DNA from: Nitrosopumilus sp.
GTDB taxonomy: Archaea; Thermoproteota; Nitrososphaeria; Nitrososphaerales; Nitrosopumilaceae
NCBI GenBank assembly: GCA_965205215.1
Contig: OZ242041.1
Coordinates: 64,001-128,000, forward strand
DNA: 64,000 bases
Direction of reading: 5' to 3'
The notes under the pieces were generated by a model. It made no database searches. It was given only the letters and a program-made list of their open reading frames with translations, and was not told the origin of the DNA. The stretch's first letter is position 1. Every line of letters starts with the position of its first letter. Below are positions 1 through 10,606 of the stretch, in pieces. A program made the position numbers and the translations under genes.

Positions 1-3000
1 ACCTGAACGTCACGCTGGCCGACCCGGCGGCCCTGTCGACCACGTTTACGGCCCCGCAGGTGGACACCAGCACCAACACCAGCACCACCATAACCTTTAC
101 GCTGACGGCCACAGACAGGCACAACGCGACCGCCTCGGACGCCGCCACGGTCACCGTCCTGGACACCCCGCCCAACCGGCCGCCGGCCGCCGACGCCGGC
201 CCCGACCAGACCGTCCGGGAGGGATCCGAGGTCTCGCTGAACGGCACCGCCACGGACCCCGACGGCGACAGCGTCTCCTACATGTGGAACCAGACCTCGG
301 GCCCGCCGGTGGAACTGCTGGGGGCCGACACGCCGTCCCCCTCGTTCACGGCGCCCGAGGTCTCCTCCGACGCGGTGCTCGCCTTCGAGATGGCCGCCGG
401 CGACGGCCTTGACAGCACCACCGACACCGTCCGGGTGACGGTGCGCGACGCGCCGGACGCCTCCCACTTTGTCACCACCTGGAAGACGAAGACCGCCGGC
501 GAGTCCATAACCATCCCGGCGGGCGGAACCGGCGGCGCCTACACCGTCGACTGGGGCGACGGGACCGTCGACGAGGGCGTCTCGGGGAGCCGGACGCACT
601 CGTATGACGGGGCCGGCACCCACACGGTCAGCATATCGGGAGACTTTTCAAGGATCAGCCTCGGCGGCAGCCCGGCCAACGCGAAAAAGCTGCAGTCGAT
701 AGAGCAGTGGGGGGACGTACAGTGGAAGTCTATGAGATCGGCGTTTGCCGGGGCCTCGAACATGGCCTACCGCGCGACCGACGCCCCGGACCTCTCGCGG
801 GTGGCAGACACGTCCCAGATGTTCGCCTACGCATCCTCCTTTGACGGCGACATATCAGGCTGGGACGTCTCGCGGGTGACAGACATGACTGCCATGTTCC
901 AGGACGCCTCCTCGTTCGACGGCGACCTGTCATCCTGGAACGTCTCGCGCGTGACAGACATGGGCTACATGTTCTACGGCGCCTCCTCGTTTGACGGCGA
1001 CATATCCGGCTGGGACGTCTCGCGGGTGACAGACATGGACTACATGTTCACCGACGCCACCTCGTTTGACGGCGACATCTCCGGCTGGGACGTCTCGCGC
1101 GTGACCCGCATGAGCTACATGTTCTACGGCGCCACCTCGTTTGACCAGAACCTCGGCGCCTGGTACATCACCCTTGACAGCACCGCCATCGGCCACGGCG
1201 ACATCCCCGGGACGGTCGGCGGCATCGCCGCCCAGAACGCCCCGCTCAGCAGGCAGAACCCCGCCTACGGGATAGGCTCCGGCGGCGACTCGAGCCTCTT
1301 TGAGATCAACGGCACCGGCCTGGTACTGACGGCCGCCCCGGACCGCCCGGCGGATCCCCCCTACACCGTCAACGTGACCGCCACCGGCAGCTTCGGCTCC
1401 AACAACAACCACCGCGTCATCGAGGTGTCCATCGCAAGCCTCCCGCTCACCGCCGGCGCCGGCCCCGACCAGGCGGTTACGGAAGGGCGCCCCGTGCACC
1501 TGAACGGCACGGCCGTCTACGGCGGGCCGGCGGACAGGCCGGCCTACCTGTGGACGCACGACCGGCCCGACCTGAACGTCACGCTGGCCGACCCGGCGGC
1601 CCTGTCGACCACGTTTACGGCCCCGCAGGTCGACTCCAACACCACCATAACATTTACCCTGACGGCCACCGGCCGCCACAACGCGACCGCCACGGACGCC
1701 GCCACGGTCACCGTCATGGACACCCCGCCGAACCGGCCGCCCACGGCCGACGCAGGGCCGGACCGGTCAGTCGAGGAGGGGGCCGCGGTGACGCTTGCCG
1801 GCGGCGCCACGGACCCCGACGGCGACAGCGTCTCCTACCTGTGGAACCAGACCTCGGGCCCGCCGGTAGTGGAACTGCGGGGGGCCGACACGCCGTCCCC
1901 CTCGTTCACGGCGCCCGAGGTCGCCTCCGACGCGGTGCTCGCCTTTGAGATGACCGCCGGCGACGGCATGCACAACTCCACCGACGCGGTCCGGGTGACG
2001 GTGCGCGACGTGCCGGAGAGCTCCCACTTTGTCACCACCTGGAAGACGAAGACCGCCGGCGGGTCCATAACCATCCCGGCGGGCGGCACCTACACAGTCG
2101 ACTGGGGCGACGGGACCGTCGACCGGCGCGTCTCGGGGAGCCGGACGCACGCGTACGACGAGGCCGGCACCCACACGGTCCGCATATGGGGGGGGCTCTC
2201 AAGCATCAACCTCGGCGGCAACCCGGCCAACGCGCAAAAGCTGCAGTCTATAGAGCAGTGGGGGGACATACGGTGGAGGTCGATGGGATCGGCGTTCCAG
2301 GGCGCCTCGAACATGGTCTACCGCGCGACCGACGCCCCGGACCTCTCGCGCGTCACCGACACGTCCTTCATGTTCCGCGACGCGGCCTCCTTCAGCGGCA
2401 ACCTGTCATCCTGGGACGTCTCCTCCGTGACCAACATGGACGCGATGTTCTACCACGCCCACTCCTTCAACAGCGACCTCTCCAGTTGGAACGTCTCGCG
2501 GGTGTACGACATGAACGCAATGTTTTCCCAGGCGTACCCCTTCAACAGCGACCTCTCCGCCTGGGACGTCTCGAATGTGCTCTATATGGGCACGATGTTC
2601 TCAAGAACCTCCTTTGACGGCGACATATCAGGCTGGAACGTCTCGCGGGTGATAGACATGCACTGGATGTTCGAGGGCGCCTCCTCCTTCAACAGCGACC
2701 TCTCCGGGTGGGACGTCTCGTCTGCATACGACATGTCCAAGATGTTCTACGGCGCCTCCTCCTTCAACAGCGACCTCTCTGCCTGGAACGTATCGCGGGT
2801 GGACTCCATGTACAGGATGTTCGAGGGCGCCTCCTCCTTCAACAGCGACCTCTCTGCCTGGAACGTATCGCGGGTGTTCGACATGACAGGGATGTTCTCA
2901 GGCGCCTCCTCCTTCAACAGCGACATATCCGGCTGGAACGTATCGCGGGTGGCAGACATGCCCCAGATGTTTGCAAGGGCCTCCTCCTTCAACAGCGACC

Positions 3001-6000
3001 TGTCATCCTGGGACGTATCGCAGATGGACGACACGTCAAAGATGTTTGCAGGGGCCTCCTCCTTTGACGGCGACCTGTCATCATGGAACGTCTCGCGGGT
3101 GACAGACATGTCCCAGATGTTTGCAAGGGCCTCCTCCTTTGACGGCGACATATCAGGCTGGGACGTCTCGCAGGTGACAGACATGCACCGGATGTTTGCA
3201 GGGGCCTCCTCCTTTGACGGCGACCTCTCCAGTTGGAACGTCTCGCAGGTGACAGACATGTCCCAGATGTTCGAGGGCGCCGATGCCTTTGACCAGAATC
3301 TGGGCAACTGGTACATCGTGCTGGACGGCCTGCAGGCCAGCGGCGCCGATGACGGGGGGATAGTGGGGGAGATATCGGCGCAGAACGCGTTCCTTGCAGG
3401 CCAGGAACCGGCATACGGGATGGGAACGGGGGGTGACTCTAACCTGTTTGAGATAGTCAACGGCACCATCCTGAAGCTCAGGACGCCCCCGGACGATGCC
3501 CCGGCAGAAGGCCCGTATGCGGTGACCGTAACGTCCACCGGCCGCTTCGGCACCGACAACTCCCGCACGTTTGAGATTGCGCCAGCAGAGAACCCGCGCT
3601 CCCCGCCGGCCGTCGGCGCCGGCCCCGACCAGGCCGTCCGGGAGGGAACCGAGGTCGCGCTCAACGGAACTGCCTCCGACCCGGATCCCGGCGACAGCCT
3701 GGCCTACCTGTGGACGCACGACCGGCCCGGCCTTAACGTCACGCTGGCCGACCCGGCGGCCCTGTCGACCACGTTTACGGCCCCGCAGGTGGACTCCAAC
3801 ACCAACACCACCATAACATTCACGCTGACGGCCACCGACCGGCATGGCATGGCCGCCTCGGACACAGTGGCCGTCACCATACTGGACGTCCCCGCCGACG
3901 ACGACCCGCCGCTCCAGAGCAACACTGCAGTGCTGGAGGCGCAACGCAGCTTCCGCGACATAGGCAGCATCACCCTGGTCAGCTCCACACCCGGGACCAT
4001 CCAGGCGAGCTGGGTCGCCCCGGCCGAGCCGCCGGCCAACTACCGGATAACGTGGGCCAAGGCCGGCGAGGTGTTCCCGAGCTGGACGGACCAGATGGGC
4101 AACGCCTTCCCGACCGAGCCCTCCTGGACCATTACCGGCCTGGAGGGGGGCGAGAGGTACAAGGTGAAGGTGCGCGCCTCCTACTCCGGCACCGCCGGCG
4201 ACTGGAGCGGCGAGCTGGCCATCACCGTTGTGGGGGCCACGCCGGCCAACAGGCCGCCCGCCGTAGATGCCGGCCCCGACCAGGCCGCTCCGGAGGGATC
4301 GGAGGTCGCACTCAGCGGCACCGCCACCGACCCGGATCCCGGCGACAGCCTGGCCTACCTGTGGACCCACGACCAGCCGACCCTGAACGTCACGCTGGCC
4401 GACCCGGCGGCCCTGTCGACCACGTTTACGGCCCCGCAGGTGGACTCCAACACCACCATAACCCTTACGCTGACGGCCACCGACCGGCACGGCATGGCCG
4501 CCTCGGACACAGTGGCCGTCACCATACTGGACGTCCCCGCCGACGACGACGACCCGCCGCCCGCCCCAGTCGATCCTCCAGAAGACACCACCACCACCAC
4601 AGTCCTGGACCCGCCCGACCCCCGCGGCCCCCGCGACATAGGCAGGATCACCCTGGCCAGCCCCGCCCCCGGGACCATCCAGGCGGGCTGGGAGCCCCCC
4701 GCCGAGGGCCCCGCCGGCTACCGCATATCATGGGCCAAGGCCGGCGAGCCGTTCCTGACCTGGTCGGACCAGACGGGCAACGCCTTCCCGACCGAACCCT
4801 CCCGGACCATCGCCGGCCTGGAGGAGGACGAGGAGTACAAGGTGAGGGTTCTCGCCCGGTACGACGGCGCCCCCTCCGGCGGCTGGAGCGGCGAGCTGTA
4901 CATCACCGTTGCGGGGTCCGCCCCGCCCAACAGGCCGCCCGCCGTCGACGCCGGCCCCGACAGGGCCGTCCGGGAGGGCCATGCCGCCACCCTCACCGGC
5001 ACCGCCACCGACCCGGATCCCGGCGACGGCCTGGCCTACCTGTGGACCCACGATCAGCCGACCCTGAACGTCACGCTGGCCGACCCGGCGGCCCCGGCCA
5101 CCACGTTTACGGCCCCGCAGGTGGACTCCAACACCACCATAACCTTTACGCTGACGGCCACCGACCGGCACAACGCGACCGCCTCGGACGCCGTGGCCGT
5201 CACCATACTGGACGTCCCCGCCGCCGCCGATGACCCGGTGACGGCGACGCTCACCGTGGTGGCGCACGTGCAGGACGACGTTGATGGCTTTCTGGAGCTT
5301 GTCGGCGTGCACGGCGTCACCACCTTCAGGATAGGCGCCAGCACGTACGCCATATTCGCCGCGGCGCTAGACGACGGGGTCCAGCTGGCCGACGTCACAG
5401 ACCCCGCCAACCCCGTGGCCATCGCGCACGTCCGGGACAGCGACACCCGCATGCTGGACGGTGCGCGCGACATCGGCATATTCGGGATAGACGGCAGGAC
5501 GTACGCCATAGTCCTGGCGTCGGATGGGAATGGCGTCCAGATAATCGACGTCAGCGACCCCCACAATCCCGTCGTAGCCGGGTCCATGGAGGACACCGTC
5601 CAGACGCGCCTTCTGGGCCCGCTTGACGTCTCCATCTTCGTGCTGGACGGCGACACCTACGCGGCGATCTCTGCGTCGGTTGACCGTGCCGTCCAGATAG
5701 TCAACGTCACAGACCCCCTCAACCCGGTCCCGGCGGGGCACCTCATAGACAGCAGCCGGCTCGAGCTTGCCACGGCGTTCGGAATCGACACCTTTGAGAT
5801 TGGCGGCGGCGTGTACGCGGTGGTTGTCGGGCACGGCGACGACGGCGTCCAGATAGTCAACGTCACCGACCCGCACGCCCCCACCGCGGCGGGGCGCGTC
5901 ACCGACAGCCACGCCCTGGAGCTCCACAAGGCAACCGACGTCTCCGTGTTTGAGGTGGGCGGCAGCGTGTACGCGGTGGTCGCCGGCTATGAAGACTACG

Positions 6001-9000
6001 GCGTCCAGGTGATTGACGTCACAGACCCGTACAGCCCGGTCCCGACGGGACGCATCACCCGCATCGACAACCAGACAGGATACAGCGCCGTGGCCCAGGT
6101 CGACACCTTCACGGCCGGCGGCGGCGTGTACGCGGTCTTCTCATCATATGACGCGGACCGCGTCCACCTGGTGGATCTGTCCGACCCCTACAACCCGACT
6201 GACCTGGTAAACGTCCAGATTCTGGAGATCGGCGGCATGTACGGCGCGGACGTCTTTGAGACGGGGGGGGAACTGTACGCGATCGTCACGGGGCGGCTGT
6301 CCCACGACGCCTACATCTGGCAGATAGGGCTGTCGGTGGACCGGGCGCCCTGGCTCGCCGTCAACCCGCCGGCGTCCGCGTCCGTGCCTGCCGGCTCCGC
6401 CTACGTTGACGCGGGCGCCGTCTGCGCCGACGATACAGACGGCGACCTGACAGACCAGATACGCGCCGTCTCGACCGTCAACACGGCCGTCCCCGGCGGC
6501 TACACCGTCACCTACGCGTGCGCCGACTCGGCCGGCAACGTGGCCGCCGCGGCCCGGACCGTGACCGTAACGGATGCCGCCCCGTTGGCGCCTCCCGTTG
6601 GCGCCCCGGCCGTCGTCGTAGTCGGCGACGACCCCGCCGAGGTGGCCGTCGGGGACGACTACTCCGACGCGGGCGCCACCTGCTCCGACGATGCGGACGG
6701 CGACCTGACCGGCGCCATAAGGACGGCGTCCGACGTCAACGTCAACGCGCGCGGCAACTACACCGTCACCTACGCGTGCTCCGACTCTGACGGCAACGTG
6801 GCCGCCGCGGCCCGGACCGTGTCCGTGACGGACACGGACGCCCCCCGCATCTCCCCCGTCGGCCACTCCACGGTCAGGATCTACGTAGGGGACGCCTACG
6901 CCGACGCGGGCGCCACCTGCACGGACAGGGTGGACGGCGACCTCTCCGACGACGTTGCGGCCACCGACAACATAGACGCCTCAGCCGCCGGGCGGTACAC
7001 GGTAACATACTCCTGCGCCGACTCGGCCGGCAACGGGGCCGCCACAACCCGGACCGTGGTCGTGCTTGATCCCGTCCCCATCATCGCCGACGGGGTGGGA
7101 AACTATACCACGCTGGATGGCGCAAACGGCGTCGATGTCTTCGAGAGGGGCGGCAGCACCTACGCGGTCATCGCCGCGCGGTACGACAGCGGCGTCCAGG
7201 TGGTAGACGTGACCGACCCGAACCGACCCGCGGCGGCGGGGAGCATCAGGGATGATGCCGCCCTGGAGCTTCTCGGCGCAAGGGACGTCGAGGTCTTCGA
7301 GAGGGACGGCGGCACCTACGCGGTCGTCACTGGACGGAGCGACGACGGCGTCCAGGTGATAGACGTGACCGACCCGAACCGACCCGCGGCGGCGGGAAGC
7401 ATCAGGGACAGCGCCGCTCTGGAGCTTGACGGCGCCACCGACGTGGCCGTCTTTGAGAGGGGCAACAGCACCTACGCGGTCGTCGCCGCATATGACGACG
7501 ACGGCGTCCAGGTGATAGACGTGACCGACCCGAACCGACCCGCGGCGGCGGGGAGCATCAGGGACAGCGCCGCTCTGGAGCTTGACGGCGCCGCCGACGT
7601 GGCCGTCTTTGAGAGGGGCAACAGCACCTACGCGGTCGTCGCCGCATATGACGACAACATCGTCCAGGTGGTAGACGTGACCGACCCCGCCAACCCGGCC
7701 GCTGTGGGGAGCATCTCCGACAACAGCCGCCGCCACCTCGAGGGCCCGACCGACGTGGCCGTCTTCGAGAGGGGCAACAGCACCTACGCGGTCGTCACGG
7801 CAGTCTTAGACGACGGCATCCAGGTGATAGACGTCACAGACCCCGCCAACCCGGCCGCTGTGGGGCGCAAGGGCTACGGCGCCAGCAACCTTGAGGGCCT
7901 GTACGGCATCACCACCTTTGAGGACGGCGACCGAACCCATGCGATCATCATGCAGAGCTTCCGCGACGGCGTCCGGATAGTGGACCTCACCGATCCGTCC
8001 AGGCCGGCCAACCAGAAGGTCATCTACGACAACGAGATTCTCAGGCTCGACGGCGCCTACGACGCGGCCACCTTCCAGGCGGGCGGCAGCACCTACGCGA
8101 TAGTCACGGCCAGTGGTGATAACGGGGCCCAGATAATACCCGTGGCCGTATCGGCCGCCGCGCGCGTACCGCCGGCCATAACGCTCAGCGGGACGTCCCC
8201 CGTCATGATATTTGCGGGCTCCGCCTATGTTGACGCGGGCGCCGCCTGCGCCGACGACATAGACGGCGACCTGACCGACCTGATGCAGGCATTCTCGACG
8301 GTCAACGCAGCCGTCCCGGGCAACTACACCGTCACCTACGAGTGCACCGACTCGGTCGGCCAGACCGCGACCGCAGTCCGGGAGGTCGTGGTGGCGGATG
8401 CCCGGCCGCCGGCCTTCCTCTCGGCCGTCTACGAGGTGGGTTCCGGCACGGTTACGATAACCTTTGACGAGCCGCTCAACTCCACGGCCCATCCGGACCG
8501 CCTGCACGTCCGGGATGCAGGCCAGTCCTCGGGCGGCGCCACGCTGGGCGGCGGCGCCACCTGGTCGGTCTCAGGCCCCGCCCTGGCCGTCACGCTCACC
8601 GCCCCCCAGGCGGCCGCCATCGGAGGCCTGGCTGCCCCCCAGCTTGACATCGACCAAGGGGCCGTCTTTGACCTGGCGGGCGTCGGGGTAGACGCTACGC
8701 CTGACCGGCCCATCACCATCCAGAGGGACAACCGGCCGCCGGCCGCCGACGCCGGCCCCGACCAGGCCGCCCCGGAGGGCTCGGAGGTCTCACTCAACGG
8801 CACCGCCACAGACCCGGATCCCGGAGACCGGCTGGCCCACCTGTGGACGCACGACCGGCCCGCCATGAACGTCACCCTGGCCGACCCGGCGGCCCCGTCG
8901 ACCACGTTTACGGCCCCGCAGGTGGACTCCAACACCACCATAACCTTTACGCTTACGGCCACCGACCAACGCAATATGACCGCCTCGGACACCGTGGCCG

Positions 9001-9776
9001 TCACCATACTGGACGTCCCCGCGGACGGCCCGCCGCCCGCCCCGGTCGATATTCCAGAAAACACCACAACCACCACCACAGTCCTGGACCCGCCCGACCC
9101 CCGCGGCCCCCGCGACATAGGCAGTATCACCCTGGCCAGCCCTGCCCCCGGGGCCATCCAGGCCAGCTGGGAGCCCCCCACCGAGGACCCGGCCGACTAC
9201 CGCATATCATGGGCCAAGGCCGGCGACTCCTACCTGACCTGGACGGACCTGACGGGCAACGCCTTCCCGACCGACCCCTCCCTGACCATCACCGGCCTAG
9301 AGGAGGACGGGGAATACAAGGTGAAGATCCGCGCCAGATATGGCGGCACCTCCGGCGACTGGAGCGGCGAGCTGTCCATCACAGTTGCGGGATCCGCCCC
9401 CGCCGACAGGCCGCCCGTCCCAGTCGATCCTCCAGAGAACACCACCACCACCACAGTCCTGGACCCGCCCGACCCCCGCGGCCCCCGCGACATAGGCAGG
9501 ATCACCCTGGCAAGCTCGGCCCCCGGGGCCATCCAGGCCAGCTGGGAGCCTCCCGCCGAGGACCCCGCGGACTACCGGATAACGTGGGCCAAGGCCGGCG
9601 ACTCCTACCTGACCTGGACGGACCTGACGGGCAACGCCTTCCCGACCGACCCCTCTTGGACCATCGCCGGCCTGGAGGAGGACGGGGAATACAAGGTGAA
9701 GATCCGCGCCAGATATGGCGGCACCTCCGGCGACTGGAGCGGCGAGGCGACAATCCGGGTCGCGGGAACCGGGTAG
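1..9776 (+). CDS. Giant modular surface protein, 5'-truncated by window edge (PKD/K319L-like, two DUF285/BspA repeat arrays, FN3, LVIVD repeats, DUF5011-like Ig domains)
   Basis: Frame open from base 3. Repeated modules: PxADAGPDQ..LNGTATDPD (PKD-like); FDGDISGWDVSRVTDM..MF 25-aa units (DUF285); DDGVQVIDVTDP (LVIVD); Y.DAGA.C.D..DGDLT (DUF5011-like); W..P....YRI.W...Y.V.VRA.Y (FN3). No C-terminal TM anchor. Confidence 0.9.
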   Translation, partial: LNVTLADPAALSTTFTAPQVDTSTNTSTTITFTLTATDRHNATASDAATVTVLDTPPNRPPAADAGPDQTVREGSEVSLNGTATDPDGDSVSYMWNQTSGPPVELLGADTPSPSFTAPEVSSDAVLAFEMAAGDGLDSTTDTVRVTVRDAPDASHFVTTWKTKTAGESITIPAGGTGGAYTVDWGDGTVDEGVSGSRTHSYDGAGTHTVSISGDFSRISLGGSPANAKKLQSIEQWGDVQWKSMRSAFAGASNMAYRATDAPDLSRVADTSQMFAYASSFDGDISGWDVSRVTDMTAMFQDASSFDGDLSSWNVSRVTDMGYMFYGASSFDGDISGWDVSRVTDMDYMFTDATSFDGDISGWDVSRVTRMSYMFYGATSFDQNLGAWYITLDSTAIGHGDIPGTVGGIAAQNAPLSRQNPAYGIGSGGDSSLFEINGTGLVLTAAPDRPADPPYTVNVTATGSFGSNNNHRVIEVSIASLPLTAGAGPDQAVTEGRPVHLNGTAVYGGPADRPAYLWTHDRPDLNVTLADPAALSTTFTAPQVDSNTTITFTLTATGRHNATATDAATVTVMDTPPNRPPTADAGPDRSVEEGAAVTLAGGATDPDGDSVSYLWNQTSGPPVVELRGADTPSPSFTAPEVASDAVLAFEMTAGDGMHNSTDAVRVTVRDVPESSHFVTTWKTKTAGGSITIPAGGTYTVDWGDGTVDRRVSGSRTHAYDEAGTHTVRIWGGLSSINLGGNPANAQKLQSIEQWGDIRWRSMGSAFQGASNMVYRATDAPDLSRVTDTSFMFRDAASFSGNLSSWDVSSVTNMDAMFYHAHSFNSDLSSWNVSRVYDMNAMFSQAYPFNSDLSAWDVSNVLYMGTMFSRTSFDGDISGWNVSRVIDMHWMFEGASSFNSDLSGWDVSSAYDMSKMFYGASSFNSDLSAWNVSRVDSMYRMFEGASSFNSDLSAWNVSRVFDMTGMFSGASSFNSDISGWNVSRVADMPQMFARASSFNSDLSSWDVSQMDDTSKMFAGASSFDGDLSSWNVSRVTDMSQMFARASSFDGDISGWDVSQVTDMHRMFAGASSFDGDLSSWNVSQVTDMSQMFEGADAFDQNLGNWYIVLDGLQASGADDGGIVGEISAQNAFLAGQEPAYGMGTGGDSNLFEIVNGTILKLRTPPDDAPAEGPYAVTVTSTGRFGTDNSRTFEIAPAENPRSPPAVGAGPDQAVREGTEVALNGTASDPDPGDSLAYLWTHDRPGLNVTLADPAALSTTFTAPQVDSNTNTTITFTLTATDRHGMAASDTVAVTILDVPADDDPPLQSNTAVLEAQRSFRDIGSITLVSSTPGTIQASWVAPAEPPANYRITWAKAGEVFPSWTDQMGNAFPTEPSWTITGLEGGERYKVKVRASYSGTAGDWSGELAITVVGATPANRPPAVDAGPDQAAPEGSEVALSGTATDPDPGDSLAYLWTHDQPTLNVTLADPAALSTTFTAPQVDSNTTITLTLTATDRHGMAASDTVAVTILDVPADDDDPPPAPVDPPEDTTTTTVLDPPDPRGPRDIGRITLASPAPGTIQAGWEPPAEGPAGYRISWAKAGEPFLTWSDQTGNAFPTEPSRTIAGLEEDEEYKVRVLARYDGAPSGGWSGELYITVAGSAPPNRPPAVDAGPDRAVREGHAATLTGTATDPDPGDGLAYLWTHDQPTLNVTLADPAAPATTFTAPQVDSNTTITFTLTATDRHNATASDAVAVTILDVPAAADDPVTATLTVVAHVQDDVDGFLELVGVHGVTTFRIGASTYAIFAAALDDGVQLADVTDPANPVAIAHVRDSDTRMLDGARDIGIFGIDGRTYAIVLASDGNGVQIIDVSDPHNPVVAGSMEDTVQTRLLGPLDVSIFVLDGDTYAAISASVDRAVQIVNVTDPLNPVPAGHLIDSSRLELATAFGIDTFEIGGGVYAVVVGHGDDGVQIVNVTDPHAPTAAGRVTDSHALELHKATDVSVFEVGGSVYAVVAGYEDYGVQVIDVTDPYSPVPTGRITRIDNQTGYSAVAQVDTFTAGGGVYAVFSSYDADRVHLVDLSDPYNPTDLVNVQILEIGGMYGADVFETGGELYAIVTGRLSHDAYIWQIGLSVDRAPWLAVNPPASASVPAGSAYVDAGAVCADDTDGDLTDQIRAVSTVNTAVPGGYTVTYACADSAGNVAAAARTVTVTDAAPLAPPVGAPAVVVVGDDPAEVAVGDDYSDAGATCSDDADGDLTGAIRTASDVNVNARGNYTVTYACSDSDGNVAAAARTVSVTDTDAPRISPVGHSTVRIYVGDAYADAGATCTDRVDGDLSDDVAATDNIDASAAGRYTVTYSCADSAGNGAATTRTVVVLDPVPIIADGVGNYTTLDGANGVDVFERGGSTYAVIAARYDSGVQVVDVTDPNRPAAAGSIRDDAALELLGARDVEVFERDGGTYAVVTGRSDDGVQVIDVTDPNRPAAAGSIRDSAALELDGATDVAVFERGNSTYAVVAAYDDDGVQVIDVTDPNRPAAAGSIRDSAALELDGAADVAVFERGNSTYAVVAAYDDNIVQVVDVTDPANPAAVGSISDNSRRHLEGPTDVAVFERGNSTYAVVTAVLDDGIQVIDVTDPANPAAVGRKGYGASNLEGLYGITTFEDGDRTHAIIMQSFRDGVRIVDLTDPSRPANQKVIYDNEILRLDGAYDAATFQAGGSTYAIVTASGDNGAQIIPVAVSAAARVPPAITLSGTSPVMIFAGSAYVDAGAACADDIDGDLTDLMQAFSTVNAAVPGNYTVTYECTDSVGQTATAVREVVVADARPPAFLSAVYEVGSGTVTITFDEPLNSTAHPDRLHVRDAGQSSGGATLGGGATWSVSGPALAVTLTAPQAAAIGGLAAPQLDIDQGAVFDLAGVGVDATPDRPITIQRDNRPPAADAGPDQAAPEGSEVSLNGTATDPDPGDRLAHLWTHDRPAMNVTLADPAAPSTTFTAPQVDSNTTITFTLTATDQRNMTASDTVAVTILDVPADGPPPAPVDIPENTTTTTTVLDPPDPRGPRDIGSITLASPAPGAIQASWEPPTEDPADYRISWAKAGDSYLTWTDLTGNAFPTDPSLTITGLEEDGEYKVKIRARYGGTSGDWSGELSITVAGSAPADRPPVPVDPPENTTTTTVLDPPDPRGPRDIGRITLASSAPGAIQASWEPPAEDPADYRITWAKAGDSYLTWTDLTGNAFPTDPSWTIAGLEEDGEYKVKIRARYGGTSGDWSGEATIRVAGTG
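790..1165 (+). repeat. DUF285/BspA 75-bp repeat array A of gene 1 (4 W[DN]VS units)
   Basis: Tandem TTTGACGGCGAC..TGGGACGTCTCGCG units; boundaries approximate. Confidence 0.85.
2350..3310 (+). repeat. DUF285/BspA 75-bp repeat array B of gene 1 (12 W[DN]VS units)
   Basis: Counted in translation; boundaries approximate. Confidence 0.85.
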
Positions 9777-9806
9777 TGGGGCCGCCACAAGACCAAGGAT
9801 GGGGGA

Positions 9807-10105
9807 GGCCAGGCCCGCATGGCCGCGGGCTGCTGCCTGTGCGCCGGCCACGCGATCCGGCACTGCCCGTGCATCCCGGCCGGCGGGGATGCCCGGATCC
9901 CCGTGGTCGGGGGGGACAGGTTTCCGCCCCCCCCCCCCAAGTCCTGCGGGAACTATACCTACTGGAAGTGGGACGGCCCGCCCTCACGACCGCCCACCGG
10001 TCTTGGGCAGGGCACTGCTGCTGCGCCACCACCGCAGTCTCAAGGCGCCGTCCGGGGCGCCGGCAAGGTGTGTTGCAGCCGAATGGCGGGCCCGTCGCCG
10101 GCAGA
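9807..10105 (+). repeat. Conserved structured non-coding element downstream of surface gene 1 (copy 1)
   Basis: Aligns end to end with 18054-18344; serial hairpins with compensatory substitutions. Confidence 0.85.
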
Positions 10106-10430
10106 TGTGGCGGTAAAAATCCGTCGCCGGCAGATGGGACGTAATGCGGCCGGCCAAAAGGACAAATCTGCATGGGCGGCCGCCGATCTGGGCCGCCGCA
10201 GTGTCCGTCGGTACGTTCATCGCGCCAAAGGCGACCCACCCGTCCCGGATATTGCCGGCCGGCACCGGATATCCTGGAGGAACGGGATCAGCCGGCGCGA
10301 TCTCCCCCTGCCGCGGGCAGCGGCGGCGCAAGGCATGGCGCCACCGCAAGCGGCACGCAGGCGCGCGGCTGCAGCAAGGCATGCCCGCACCTTACATGCC
10401 GATACGTCGATGGCTTTAGTGCGCGTGCGC

Positions 10431-10462
10431 CGCAAATGACGCGGCGCAAATGACGCGGCGCA
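10431..10462. repeat. Tandem repeat (CGCAAATGACGCGG)x2 + CGCA upstream of surface gene 2
   Basis: Exact 14-bp tandem duplication ~145 bp before the ATG at 10607. Confidence 0.8.
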
Positions 10463-10606
10463 TGCGGCGCGTTGCACAGCTTGCTGCCCGGATGCGCGCG
10501 GGGGCGCTTCCCAGTTGGGCCCGCCAGGCCGCAGCCCGGCAGAGTGGCGGCTTCCTATGACTGAACCACACAATAGAAATAAACATGATGGGCAAAAGTC
10601 CGACAT

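Noticed and set aside
10108-10125. GCGGTAAAAATCC resembling the right half of the recombinase repeat
   Set aside because: Short half-match only, absent after copy 2; could be chance.
9819-10439. Cys-rich ORF MAAGCCLCAGHAIRHCPC repeated at 18065
   Set aside because: The two copies diverge in frame and length after indels; conservation is better explained by the structured element.
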